Assembly (NCBI GenBank): GCA_963716175.1 | Contig: OY970296.1 | Coordinates: forward strand, 960,001 to 1,024,000 | DNA from: an uncultured Armatimonadetes bacterium | Lineage (GTDB): Bacteria > Armatimonadota > Hebobacteria > Hebobacterales > Hebobacteraceae | Length of the DNA: 64,000 nt | Reading direction: 5' to 3' | Part shown: one piece after another, positions 18,273 through 27,046 of the stretch | How positions within the stretch are numbered: position 1 is the first letter of the stretch | Layout of the letters: each line of letters opens with the position of its first letter | Notes under the pieces: generated by a model | Seen by the model: only the letters and a program-made list of their open reading frames with translations | Database searches by the model: none | Told to the model about the DNA's origin: nothing | Position numbers and translations under genes: made by a program

Positions 18273-19613
18273 TTGGCTGATCCACCGCAGGCGGACGGAG
18301 GTCGGGCGGGCCTCCCGTGGCCGGGCCAGCGGCGAGTGCTCGTCATCGCCGCCATCGTTTGCCTCCTGACCACCCTGGTGATGGTGCTGAAGCTGCGCGA
18401 CGGCGACCTGAAGGATGCCGAAGTCTGGTACCAGGCCGGCCGCCGTGTGCTCACCGGCCAGAGCCTGGTGGGCCTGCGCAGCTACCGCTATCCCCCTACC
18501 TTCGCGGTGATAATCGCGCCGCTCTGCGCGCTGCCCTTCTCCGCTTACTGCCTGGCCTGGTACGCCATCAACCTCGGCCTGTTCGTGCTCTCCCTGCGCC
18601 TGGCGGCCAGCCTCACCTCCCCGCTTGCGGGCTGGCGCGATCTGCCCCGCTACTGGCTCCCCACGCTGCTGACCGCTCTCTTTGCCATTGACAACCTGTT
18701 CCTGGGCCAGACCAACATCCTGGTGATGACCCTGGTCTACTGGACCCTGCGAGAGGCCGCGCGCAATCGCGAGTGGAGAGCAGGCATCAGCCTGGCCGCC
18801 GCTATCGCGATCAAAGTCTTCCCCGCGCCCCTCATCGCCTATTTCCTCTACCGTCGGAGGCTGCGCCTGGTGGCTGCCTCCCTGCTCACCTGCCTCTTCT
18901 TCCTGGTTCTGCTCCCCGCGCCAGCGCGCGGCTTTCAGCGGAACCTGGACGAGCTGGCGGACTGGGGCCAGCGCGTGGTCATGCCCTATCTCTCCCGCGG
19001 CCAGGCCGGGGACTGGGGCCAGCACGCGCTCGACTTCGGCAACCAATCGCTGCAAGCCCTGGCCCACCGCTATCTCACTCCGGTCAACGCCTATGTGCTG
19101 GCCCGCCGTCCCCGGAGGGACATGTACGTCAACTTCGCCGACCTGACAGCAGGTCAGGCCAACCAGGTCGTGCTCGCGCTGTTCGCCGCCCTGGGCCTCA
19201 GCTTCGTTGCCGCCTGCGGCTGGCGCCGGCCCGCCCGGTTCTGCCAGCAGGCCGCCGAATACTCCATGGTGGTCATCGTCCTGCTGCTGGTCTCCGCGCT
19301 CTCCTGGACCTATTTCTTCGTGATGCTGCTGCTGCCACTGGCCTCCGCTGTCAGCCTGCTCGGCCTGGGTGATAGACTGCGTTCACGATCTCGCTGGGCC
19401 CTGCGCGCCGCCCTCTGGCTCTGGGGCCTGGCCACCGCCCTGGTAGCTATCCCCTACGCCCGCGCCCTGGGCAACCTGATGTGGGCCAGCCTGATCGTCT
19501 ATGCCGCGCTCGCCCTGGCGTGCTGGGATCTGCGCCACGCCCCCGAGCTGAAGGCGGCTCACCCCGTCAGGCCCAGCAGCTTGGCCATAGTCCCGCCGAA
19601 CACCAGCTCCTGA
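18273..19613 (+). CDS. Glycosyltransferase family 87 (DUF2029) membrane protein
   Basis: YRYPPTF, LGQTN, AIAIKVFP, GNQSL, SWTYFF; many transmembrane segments. Confidence 0.85.
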   Translation: MADPPQADGGRAGLPWPGQRRVLVIAAIVCLLTTLVMVLKLRDGDLKDAEVWYQAGRRVLTGQSLVGLRSYRYPPTFAVIIAPLCALPFSAYCLAWYAINLGLFVLSLRLAASLTSPLAGWRDLPRYWLPTLLTALFAIDNLFLGQTNILVMTLVYWTLREAARNREWRAGISLAAAIAIKVFPAPLIAYFLYRRRLRLVAASLLTCLFFLVLLPAPARGFQRNLDELADWGQRVVMPYLSRGQAGDWGQHALDFGNQSLQALAHRYLTPVNAYVLARRPRRDMYVNFADLTAGQANQVVLALFAALGLSFVAACGWRRPARFCQQAAEYSMVVIVLLLVSALSWTYFFVMLLLPLASAVSLLGLGDRLRSRSRWALRAALWLWGLATALVAIPYARALGNLMWASLIVYAALALACWDLRHAPELKAAHPVRPSSLAIVPPNTSS

Positions 19614-20359
19614 AGGTCTGGCCTCACCCCGATCGCGTCCATGGTGCGCTGGAAGTCGTTCATCACATCCTCGATCAGCTCGATCGTCACATCCGACCCG
19701 AACACGATCTTCGCCCAGGCGTGCCGCCCCTCCGGGTCCCGGTACTGGCTGGTCTCCGTCCACCAGAGGAGCTGGCCGAAGAACTGAGGTGGCTTCGCCT
19801 TCAAGCTGGACCCGCTCAGGTCGAAGTAGAGATTCGGGTTCCAGCGGCAGGCCATCGCCGCCTCCTCATACCACGGGTTGCCGAGGTGCGCGCCCACGAT
19901 CTTGAGCGTGGGGAAAGCGCGGGCGATGGTGTCCAGGAAGACCGGGCGGTGGCGGTCGTTGTTCACATCGTACTGCTTGTCCAGCGGAGTGCGAGCCACG
20001 ATCCCCAGGTGAAACAGGCAGACCAGTCCCAGCTCCTCCGCCGCCTCATACACCGGGTAGAAGGCCTTGTCATCATAGCGGGCGGGAGGGCGGATCATCT
20101 TCAGCCCCTTGAAGCCCTGCTGGTGCAGCTCCCGCACCTCCCGGGGGCCCATCTCCCCCAGAGGCACGAAGCCGAAGCCGACGATGACATCGGGGTATCT
20201 CGCCGTCGCCTCCGCCACGCGCTTGTTCCCATCTTTGAAGTCCAGCCACAGCGCGCCGTTCAGGCACACCCGGTCGAATCCCAGCCGCTTCTCCTCCGCC
20301 ACCAGCCGGTCAACAAAGCCTGCCTCGGTACTGTAATGGACATGCGCATCGATCCTCAT
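19559..20359 (-). CDS. Amidohydrolase family protein
   Basis: IDAHVH, GFKGLK, FHLG, AHLG, FDLS, FGSD. Confidence 0.9.
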   Translation of the reverse strand: MRIDAHVHYSTEAGFVDRLVAEEKRLGFDRVCLNGALWLDFKDGNKRVAEATARYPDVIVGFGFVPLGEMGPREVRELHQQGFKGLKMIRPPARYDDKAFYPVYEAAEELGLVCLFHLGIVARTPLDKQYDVNNDRHRPVFLDTIARAFPTLKIVGAHLGNPWYEEAAMACRWNPNLYFDLSGSSLKAKPPQFFGQLLWWTETSQYRDPEGRHAWAKIVFGSDVTIELIEDVMNDFQRTMDAIGVRPDLQELVFGGTMAKLLGLTG

Positions 20360-20512
20360 CGCTTCACCTCCCTTGGCGCTCCAGGAGGTTCTGGTTCCCG
20401 CGCCCTGCCCCTGCCAGGCCGGCGCACCGGTCTCGGTTGCCTATCTGCGCCGATCCGCCAGAGGCGGACAAGTCTGCGTAATCTGCGGATGAGCCGTTTC
20501 CGCCGGCTCTCC

Positions 20513-20542
20513 TTGACACTGCCGCGAAGCCCATGCTAGAAT
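20513..20542 (+). promoter_or_regulatory. Sigma70 promoter of the tRNA operon
   Basis: TTGACA-18 nt-TAGAAT with extended TG. Confidence 0.75.
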
Positions 20543-20612
20543 CCCGCCATAGCCGGGCCGAGAGGTGCAGGTCGCCGCCAGCAAGCCATCCCATCCGGGG
20601 ACCGGCGCACGG

Positions 20613-20688
20613 GGCCCCATCGTCCAGAGGCCTAGGACGCCGGCCCTTCAAGCCGGAAACGGGGATTCGAATTCCCCTGGGGCTACCA
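20613..20688 (+). tRNA. tRNA-Glu(TTC) with atypical C33
   Basis: Cloverleaf; anticodon arm ccggc-ccTTCaa-gccgg; T loop ttcgaat; encoded CCA. Confidence 0.9.
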
Positions 20689-20763
20689 GCTACATCGCCA
20701 TCCACCCAGGGCGCGGTCAGGCGTGGGCTTGCTCGTGGCGGCGGGAGTGAAATCGCGAGGGCC

Positions 20764-20838
20764 GGGCGCATGGCTCAGTGGGAGAGCGCCTGCTTCACAC
20801 GCAGGAGGTCGCTGGTTCAAATCCAGCTGCGCCCACCA
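20764..20838 (+). tRNA. tRNA-Val(CAC)
   Basis: Anticodon arm cctgc-ttCACac-gcagg; CCA end. Confidence 0.95.
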
Positions 20839-20872
20839 GCACCCGGCTGCCAGCCGGGGCAAACCCGGGCGC

Positions 20873-20948
20873 GGGCGAATAGCTCAGTTGGTAGAGCGCT
20901 TGCTTTACACGCAAGTGGTCACAGGTTCGAGCCCTGTTTCGCCCACCA
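20873..20948 (+). tRNA. tRNA-Val(TAC)
   Basis: Anticodon arm cttgc-ttTACac-gcaag; CCA end. Confidence 0.95.
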
Positions 20949-20957
20949 GGCAAATCT

Positions 20958-20984
20958 GTAGGGCGGGCATACCCATGCCCGCCG
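20958..20984 (+). repeat. GTAG-type REP copy 5 (short-loop variant) in a tRNA spacer
   Basis: gtagggcgggcatacccatgcccgccg. Confidence 0.88.
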
Positions 20985-20999
20985 GCCGTATCGTAGCGC

Positions 21000-21076
21000 G
21001 GAGCCGTAGTGCAGTGGTTTAGCACACCGGCCTGTCAAGCCGGAGGTCGCGGGTTCAAATCCCGTCGGCTCCGCCA
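21000..21076 (+). tRNA. tRNA-Asp(GTC)
   Basis: Anticodon arm ccggc-ctGTCaa-gccgg; CCA end. Confidence 0.95.
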
Positions 21077-21090
21077 CAAGTGAACACCGT

Positions 21091-21230
21091 GCCGGGTTAG
21101 CTCAGGTGGTAGAGCTTACGCCAGACGCTAGCATACCTAACTGAAGACCGACGAACTCGTGCCGGGTTAGCTCAGGTGGTAGAGCTTACGCCAGACGCTA
21201 GCATACCTAACTGAAGACCGACGAACTCGT
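21091..21230 (+). repeat. Two identical 70-bp tandem units, each starting with a tRNA-Phe-like 5' half
   Basis: gccgggttagctcaggtggtagagc plus 45 nt, at 21091 and 21161. Confidence 0.95.
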
Positions 21231-21306
21231 GCCGGGGTAGCTCAGATGGTAGAGCACTGGACTGAAAATCCGGGTGTCCCCAGTTCGATTCTGGGCCCCG
21301 GCACCA
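21231..21306 (+). tRNA. tRNA-Phe(GAA)
   Basis: Anticodon arm ctgga-ctGAAaa-tccgg; CCA end. Confidence 0.95.
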
Positions 21307-21346
21307 GTGAGGCGGCGGTTCGCTGCCGAGCGGACGGGAGCTGGAT

Positions 21347-21583
21347 ATGAGGCCACTGCGACACACCATCCATGCCGTGATCCGGCCAGGCGAAGACGGT
21401 GGGTTCGTCGCGGAGTGCCTAGAGATTGCGGTAGTGACCCAAGGCAAGAGCCTCGATGAAACGGTTGCCAACCTCCGGCAGGCGGTGGGGCTGCACCTGG
21501 CAGGAGAGGACCTGGAGGCATTGGGCCTGTCACCCTCGCCGTCCCTTGTGGTGAGCATGGAGATCGAACCGGTCCATGCCTAA
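21347..21583 (+). CDS. hicB: HicB-family antitoxin (short; no obvious DNA-binding domain)
   Basis: GGFVAECLEIAVVTQGKSLDETVANLRQAVGLHL. Confidence 0.88.
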   Translation: MRPLRHTIHAVIRPGEDGGFVAECLEIAVVTQGKSLDETVANLRQAVGLHLAGEDLEALGLSPSPSLVVSMEIEPVHA

Positions 21584-21821
21584 GCTCCGGCGCCTCTCGG
21601 GCCGTGAGGCGCTAGCAGTGCTGGGTCGGTTCGGGTTCGAACGGGTGTCGCGGCGGGGGAGCCACGTGAAGCTTGCCAGGGTGGGCCCAGCGGGTGAACG
21701 GCAGGTTCTGACTGTTCCTGATCATGCCACCATGGATCTGGGGACTATCCGCGCTATCTTCCGACAGGCCTCGCGGTTCATCCCTGCAGATCAGTTGCGG
21801 GTGTTCTTCTACGACGACTGA
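21576..21821 (+). CDS. hicA: HicA-family toxin (mRNA interferase)
   Basis: LRRLSGRE...GFERVSRRGSHVKL...TVPDH....GTIRAIFRQA. Confidence 0.9.
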   Translation: MPKLRRLSGREALAVLGRFGFERVSRRGSHVKLARVGPAGERQVLTVPDHATMDLGTIRAIFRQASRFIPADQLRVFFYDD

Positions 21822-21874
21822 GCCCGAAGAGGGCCTGAGCTAGACGAGCGGTCGCGAGAGCGAACCCTGGTTTG

Positions 21875-21902
21875 CCCAGTTCGACTCTGGGACCCGGCAC
21901 CA
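21875..21902 (+). repeat. tRNA-Phe 3' half (T arm, acceptor strand, CCA); att-like duplication
   Basis: cccagttcgactctgggacccggcacca versus cccagttcgattctgggccccggcacca in the intact gene. Confidence 0.9.
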
Positions 21903-21912
21903 GCGACAGAGA

Positions 21913-21936
21913 GGCGACGGCCGTCCGGTCGTCGCC
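21913..21936. terminator. GC-rich hairpin between convergent units, possible terminator
   Basis: ggcgacggcc-gtcc-ggtcgtcgcc; no clear U tract. Confidence 0.45.
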
Positions 21937-21951
21937 CCTATCTCCTCTTCC

Positions 21952-22449
21952 CTACGCGATGGCGGAGAACTTGCTCTTCGGCGACTGGCAGATGGGACAC
22001 TTGTCGGGCGCTTCCCCGATCACGGTGTTGCCGCACACCCCGCACACCATGATGGGCGCCGCCAGCATGTCCTTGCCCGAGTTCAGCGCCGCCAGCGCCT
22101 CCGTGTAGAGCCGGTGGTGGATCTTCTCCACCGCCAGCGCGTTCTCGAATGACATCACCGCCGCTTTGTTCCCCTCCGCCTTCGCCTCGGCCACGAACCC
22201 CGGGTACATCTCGGTGAACTCGTAGGACTCACCGCCCATCGCCGCCTTCAGATTCTCGGCCGTCCCCTTCAGGCCCAGCACCTCGAAATGCGCCTGCGCG
22301 TGCACCCGCTCTGCCTGGGCTGCAGCCCGGAACAGTTTCGCGATCTGGGGATATCCCTCCGCCTCCGCCTTCTTGCCAAAGGCCAGATAGGTCTGATGAG
22401 CCTTGCTCTCGCCCGCGAACGCAGTCTGCAAGTTGTCACCGGTTGCCAT
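21952..22449 (-). CDS. rbr: Rubrerythrin
   Basis: AFAGES, AERVHA, GESYEFTEMYP, EKIH; C-terminal CGVCG...CPIC. Confidence 0.93.
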   Translation of the reverse strand: MATGDNLQTAFAGESKAHQTYLAFGKKAEAEGYPQIAKLFRAAAQAERVHAQAHFEVLGLKGTAENLKAAMGGESYEFTEMYPGFVAEAKAEGNKAAVMSFENALAVEKIHHRLYTEALAALNSGKDMLAAPIMVCGVCGNTVIGEAPDKCPICQSPKSKFSAIA

Positions 22450-22582
22450 TACCAACTCTCCTTCACCATCAGGTGTAGTTCAGCACCACCGTCGCGCACG
22501 GCCTTCGCCGCCTGATCGCCTCCACCTATCCCTCTGCACAGCCATCGCTGCGACCTTGCCCGCGATTCGCGCCAAGGAGCTG

Positions 22583-23881
22583 CTATCCCTCCACCCCATA
22601 GATCCTCTTCGGGTTCTCGTAGAGCACCTGGCGCGCCAGAGAGAGGGCGACCTCCTGTGTGTAAGTCCCCTCTTTGACTCGTTCCAGCACTGCCTCGGCC
22701 AAGATGCGTTTCACCAGCTTCAGCTTCGGATAGCACCACTCTGCATGATAGGCGTCGGAGAAGAAGGCCACGATCTTGTTGGCCGGCACCATGTCCAGGC
22801 GCGTTTCGATGCTCGCGCGAATGTAGGAGGGGTAGAGGGTATGCCACCAGTAGCCCCCCACGCTTACGTTGGGGATGTGCTTGGCCAGCACCGCGAGGTC
22901 TTGCCCATGCGCCTCGGCCGCGGTCGAGCAGTTGAAGTGCAGGTCCTCGAATTCGCCCGCCATTCTCGCCAGCGTCCCCGGCAGCTCCGGCGCCCAATTC
23001 GTCACCGACCGGTGCGGCGGAAGCACCTCCGCCCCCACGATCACCTGCACCGTCCGCATCGGGCCTGCACCCAGGCCCTTCAGGAGATTCCGCAGCCCAT
23101 AGCAGGTGAAGACACTTTGCTCCTCTTGGTCGAGGCGGTGGCCTGCTCGCGCCCGCGCGACCACTGCCGCCACCTCTGACTCCCTTGGCTCCAGCCAGAT
23201 CATCTCCGGCCGGAGCCACACTCCCACGAAATGGATCGGGCGCTTGCTGTAGTCACGCCCCCGCGCCAGCATCGCCTCTCCATACGCCTCCGGCTTGCTC
23301 AGTTCAACGCCCAATTCCCGCTCGATGCTGTCCACCATCTCTGCCGAGCTCTGCTTGCCGCTCATCAGGCTGAAGCCGGCGACTTCGATTCCCTTGCCGA
23401 TGGTCTGCGACCACGCGGGCTGCCCCCGGCCCTCCACGGTCAGACTCCTCGCGATCCGGCACCTGTTCTGCAGCACTTCGGAGCGCCAGCCGGGGTCCGA
23501 GGCCCGCTCCGCCGCCTCCGCCATCACCTCCTCCAGGTTCTCGGCGCGCAGTCCGCCCCCCGGCACCCCGTACAGGTCTTTCAGCATGACGCGTAGGAAG
23601 CTCGCACAGGTGGTATTGCGGATGCGATCCAGATATGGGAGGGCCGCTTGCAGCCTCTCCCGCGGCGTCATCCCCGGGTCGGCAACCTCGTGAGGGAGCC
23701 CGGCGCGAGTGGCTGCGTCGGCCGGCATCCCGGCCGACACCAGCTCGATCCAGAGGTGGTGGTAGAGCACGATGTCGGCCAGGTCATCCGCCTCCGGCTT
23801 GCCCGGCCGCAGGTGAGTGTGCACGTCAATCACGGGGGCGGCATCAACCTCCGCCCTCAGCGCCTCCTCGAATCCATCCAA
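22583..23881 (-). CDS. Amidohydrolase-fold protein (uronate-isomerase-like)
   Basis: VIDVHTHL, GYWW, FSDAY..EW; GGAGG RBS before a TTG start. Confidence 0.7.
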   Translation of the reverse strand: MDGFEEALRAEVDAAPVIDVHTHLRPGKPEADDLADIVLYHHLWIELVSAGMPADAATRAGLPHEVADPGMTPRERLQAALPYLDRIRNTTCASFLRVMLKDLYGVPGGGLRAENLEEVMAEAAERASDPGWRSEVLQNRCRIARSLTVEGRGQPAWSQTIGKGIEVAGFSLMSGKQSSAEMVDSIERELGVELSKPEAYGEAMLARGRDYSKRPIHFVGVWLRPEMIWLEPRESEVAAVVARARAGHRLDQEEQSVFTCYGLRNLLKGLGAGPMRTVQVIVGAEVLPPHRSVTNWAPELPGTLARMAGEFEDLHFNCSTAAEAHGQDLAVLAKHIPNVSVGGYWWHTLYPSYIRASIETRLDMVPANKIVAFFSDAYHAEWCYPKLKLVKRILAEAVLERVKEGTYTQEVALSLARQVLYENPKRIYGVEG

Positions 23882-23897
23882 TTTCCACCTCCGCCAG

Positions 23898-25862
23898 CTA
23901 TCTCACCATCACCTGACCGCTGTCGCACACCAGCGTCTGCCCGGTGATCGTGCGCGCCTGCTCCGAGCACAGGAAGATCACCGCGTTCGCCACATCCTGA
24001 CCGGTGATGTCTCGCTTCAGGGCGGTCATGTTCACATAATATGGGATCACTTCCTCGGGCTTGATCCCATACTTCTCCGCGCACATCCGGATGTACTCTT
24101 CGTTCCAGATCTTGGAGCCGGCGAACACGTTGCCTGGGGCCACCGCGTTCACCCTGATCCCGTGCGGCCCCAGCTCCAGCGCCCAGCCCCGCGCCATGTG
24201 AATCTCCCCGGCCTTGGTGGCATTGTAGGCGGTGTTGCCCCTGCTCGCCTCCAGCCCCGACTTCGAGCTCACCACGATGATGCCCCCGCCCATCCCCTGC
24301 TGGATCATCACCTTCGCCGCTGCCTTGGCCGCCAGGAAGTACCCGGTCAGGTTCACCTCCAACGCCGCCCGCCACTGCCTCACCGGCAAGTCAACCAAGG
24401 CGAAGGGCGGCGCGATGCCGGCCGCGTTGACCAGTATGTCCAGCCCGCCCCACTGGTCGAGGACGGCGTCGAACAGCGCCTCCACCTCCGCTTCGCTGGT
24501 GACATCGCACCGCAGCGCCAGCGCCGATCCACCTGGCGCCATCTCGCTGATCAACCTGGTGGTTTCTTGCGCACCGCCGGTATCAATGTCGGCCAGCGCC
24601 ACCGCCGCCCCCGCGTCCGCCAGCCCTATGGCAATGCTCCGCCCCAACCCGCTCCCAGCGCCGGTCACCACCGCGATCCGGCCCGCCAGCTCACCCGCCT
24701 CAGAGATGCCCGCCACTTGCTTCCGGAAGGTCTCCGCCTCCCAGTTCAAGATGAAGTCACGCTCTCGCTTGCTCAGCGGGTTGACTCCGCCGAACTCGCT
24801 CGCATACCCCCGCACCAGCAGAGATGCCGTTACCACTTCCTTGGTGCTGGCGATCGCCTTCGGGCTCGCCGCCACAAACAAGCCCAGGCCCGGCGCCAGG
24901 AAGCTGACCGCCGGTTTCTCTCCCCGCGCCATCTGCCGCTTCAGTTTCTCCCGCACCCGCCCCGCCTCGCACCGCTCCAACCACAGCGGCGGCCCATTCG
25001 CGTACACCAGCTCATCGGGCATGATCGCGGGCAGAGAGGCCAGCCGTTTCGCTTCTGGCCTCGCCAGGAATCCAGCGACGCCAGTATCCATGAAATGCTT
25101 CACGCACTGGTAGCGCCCAGTGGCCTCGAACACCCCCTTGCGGATCGCCAGGCCGGCGGCCCCCACCGCGTCTCGCGGGGGCCACGCCAGCCTTCGCGAT
25201 GGCGCCGAGGGCAGATGCTCACGGCAGATGCGGATGACCCCGGCCACCCTCCGCAGCACCGCCTCCGGCGAGTCGCCGACGACAAAGAGTCCGTGCTTGG
25301 CGAGAAAGAGCGTGTGAGGCTTGCGACCATGCCTGCGCACGTAGCCCTCGACCAGGCGGCATACCGTGCGCGCCAGCGTGTAGCCCGGGCGGGCGGCGGG
25401 AACCCACAGCGGGGGAAGCGCCTCGCCCCGGAACAACCGCTCCAGCTCCGCCTTGCCGTTCCTCGCGCATACATAGGCCCCCACCGCCACCGGGTGCAGA
25501 TGCACCACGCAGCGGCCGAGCTGGGCGTGCAGGTGGGCCTCCACCGAGGGCCGCGCTTCCCCGGTGACATCATCGTCACAGCACAACTGGAGCCGGCGCG
25601 CGATCTCGTTCTCCCTCGCCGTCTCGCCCAGCCCCCCCAGCGACGCGTCCTGGATGACCGCACACACCGGCGCCACCCTCAGCCGCCGCCATCCCCGGTG
25701 TTCGTCAATGTCCTTGATCGCGGTGCCGCTGGCCTTGATGTACATGTGCTCGCCATCGGCCGTCTTCACCGAGGTGTTCCCTCCGCCTCCTTGCACCAGC
25801 GAGCTATCGCGGCCCACTCGACGTGAGATCCTTATCAGGTCTGCTAGCGCCCGATCCATCAT
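23898..25862 (-). CDS. Bifunctional class II aldolase / short-chain dehydrogenase (RhaD-SDR type)
   Basis: VQGGGGNTSVK, KASG, RPSVE, HLHP; VTGAGSGLG, NAAG, YNATK. Confidence 0.9.
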   Translation of the reverse strand: MMDRALADLIRISRRVGRDSSLVQGGGGNTSVKTADGEHMYIKASGTAIKDIDEHRGWRRLRVAPVCAVIQDASLGGLGETARENEIARRLQLCCDDDVTGEARPSVEAHLHAQLGRCVVHLHPVAVGAYVCARNGKAELERLFRGEALPPLWVPAARPGYTLARTVCRLVEGYVRRHGRKPHTLFLAKHGLFVVGDSPEAVLRRVAGVIRICREHLPSAPSRRLAWPPRDAVGAAGLAIRKGVFEATGRYQCVKHFMDTGVAGFLARPEAKRLASLPAIMPDELVYANGPPLWLERCEAGRVREKLKRQMARGEKPAVSFLAPGLGLFVAASPKAIASTKEVVTASLLVRGYASEFGGVNPLSKRERDFILNWEAETFRKQVAGISEAGELAGRIAVVTGAGSGLGRSIAIGLADAGAAVALADIDTGGAQETTRLISEMAPGGSALALRCDVTSEAEVEALFDAVLDQWGGLDILVNAAGIAPPFALVDLPVRQWRAALEVNLTGYFLAAKAAAKVMIQQGMGGGIIVVSSKSGLEASRGNTAYNATKAGEIHMARGWALELGPHGIRVNAVAPGNVFAGSKIWNEEYIRMCAEKYGIKPEEVIPYYVNMTALKRDITGQDVANAVIFLCSEQARTITGQTLVCDSGQVMVR

Positions 25863-25873
25863 GCCGCCCTCTC

Positions 25874-26314
25874 CTACCCTCGCCTCCACACCAACACCGC
25901 GCCAGCCAGCAAAAGGACATCCCTCCCGAACAGCCCCCAGCTCGCCTCGGTCGCGCTCATTCCGCTCACGTCGAAGCACCCGCACTCGATCTTCAGCCCC
26001 CGGGCCTGGGCCCAGGCGATAGCTGCCAGGAAGGCCACGGTCAGCGCCGAGGCCAGCAGCCCGGCTCCCCTGCGCCACACCCCCACGATCAGCGCCAGCC
26101 CCGCGGTCAGCTCCACCCAGGGCATCCCCAGCGCGAAGGCGTTGATCAAGACCCTCGGCAGCAGGTCGTAATCGTGCACCACATCCGCGAAGCGGTCCGG
26201 GTGACCGACCTTGTCCAGGCTGGCGTAGACGAAGACCACCCCTACCGCCACGCCTACTATGCGGAGCGCGATGCGATGGCAGAGCAGCCGCCAGATGGCG
26301 CGCAGCGCTCGCAT
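25874..26314 (-). CDS. DoxX/MauE family membrane protein
   Basis: FVYASLDK..HPDRF, PWVEL, RGLKIECGCF. Confidence 0.88.
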   Translation of the reverse strand: MRALRAIWRLLCHRIALRIVGVAVGVVFVYASLDKVGHPDRFADVVHDYDLLPRVLINAFALGMPWVELTAGLALIVGVWRRGAGLLASALTVAFLAAIAWAQARGLKIECGCFDVSGMSATEASWGLFGRDVLLLAGAVLVWRRG

Positions 26315-26884
26315 TCAGCTCGCCTTGTCCGCCGGCCGTGTGGCGGACTTTCGCACCGTGGGGTAGCCCGCCTCGGTCCACTCCGCGAAGCCGCGCCTCA
26401 GGACCAGCAGCCTGCGATAGCCCAGCTCCAGCAGTCTCTTGCCCATCCGCGTGCTGAGCCCGCATTCGCCGCCATAGCAGTAGAGCACCAGAACAGCATC
26501 CCGCGGCAGCCGCGCTCGCATCTTCGGCCAGGCCTGGTTCCACTCCCTCATGGGAAGGCTGATCGCACCGGGGATGTGATCCGCCTGGTAGTCCTTGGTG
26601 TCCCGCGAATCAACGAAGATGGCCCCGCCGGACTTCAGGAGTGCCAACGCCTGCGCGGCCGAAATCTGAGGCAGACGCGACTCGAAGACCCTCGGAATCC
26701 CGATCCGGCCATCCGGCGACGGCCGCCACCGCAGCCCCTGCGGGTTGGCCGCATTGAAGATTGCGCCCACCACGAGCGCCACGGCCAGCAGCCCACCTGC
26801 CCGCGCGGCATGAGGAAAGCGCGCTAGCACTCCCACGCCTGTCCCAACCGGTCTCCGCGCCTCACTCACCTGGGGCAAGCCCAT
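26315..26884 (-). CDS. Membrane-anchored rhodanese-domain protein
   Basis: FVDSR...Y..DHIPGA, LYCYGGEC, GF.EW..AGYP; start uncertain. Confidence 0.85.
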   Translation of the reverse strand: MGLPQVSEARRPVGTGVGVLARFPHAARAGGLLAVALVVGAIFNAANPQGLRWRPSPDGRIGIPRVFESRLPQISAAQALALLKSGGAIFVDSRDTKDYQADHIPGAISLPMREWNQAWPKMRARLPRDAVLVLYCYGGECGLSTRMGKRLLELGYRRLLVLRRGFAEWTEAGYPTVRKSATRPADKAS

Positions 26885-27046
26885 GGGGAGAAGGATTCCA
26901 CCACCAGAACCAGCGTCCTGCGAGCACCGCATGGGCCGCCTCCCATCTCGCGTGGCAGCGCGGTCCTCCGGGTGACTGCGGTGCTTCGGGGGTTCAGCGC
27001 TCGCTGTGAATGGCGGTCAGGGGGGTGCGATGGCCTGCGGAGCGTC

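Noticed and set aside
20641-20657. UCA-anticodon suppressor or tRNA-Sec reading of the first tRNA
   Set aside because: The stem register places TTC at 34-36, the body is Glu-like and there is no long variable arm.
21091-21255. CRISPR-like repeat-spacer appearance
   Set aside because: The 'spacers' are identical, the repeat is a tRNA 5' half, and there are no cas genes.
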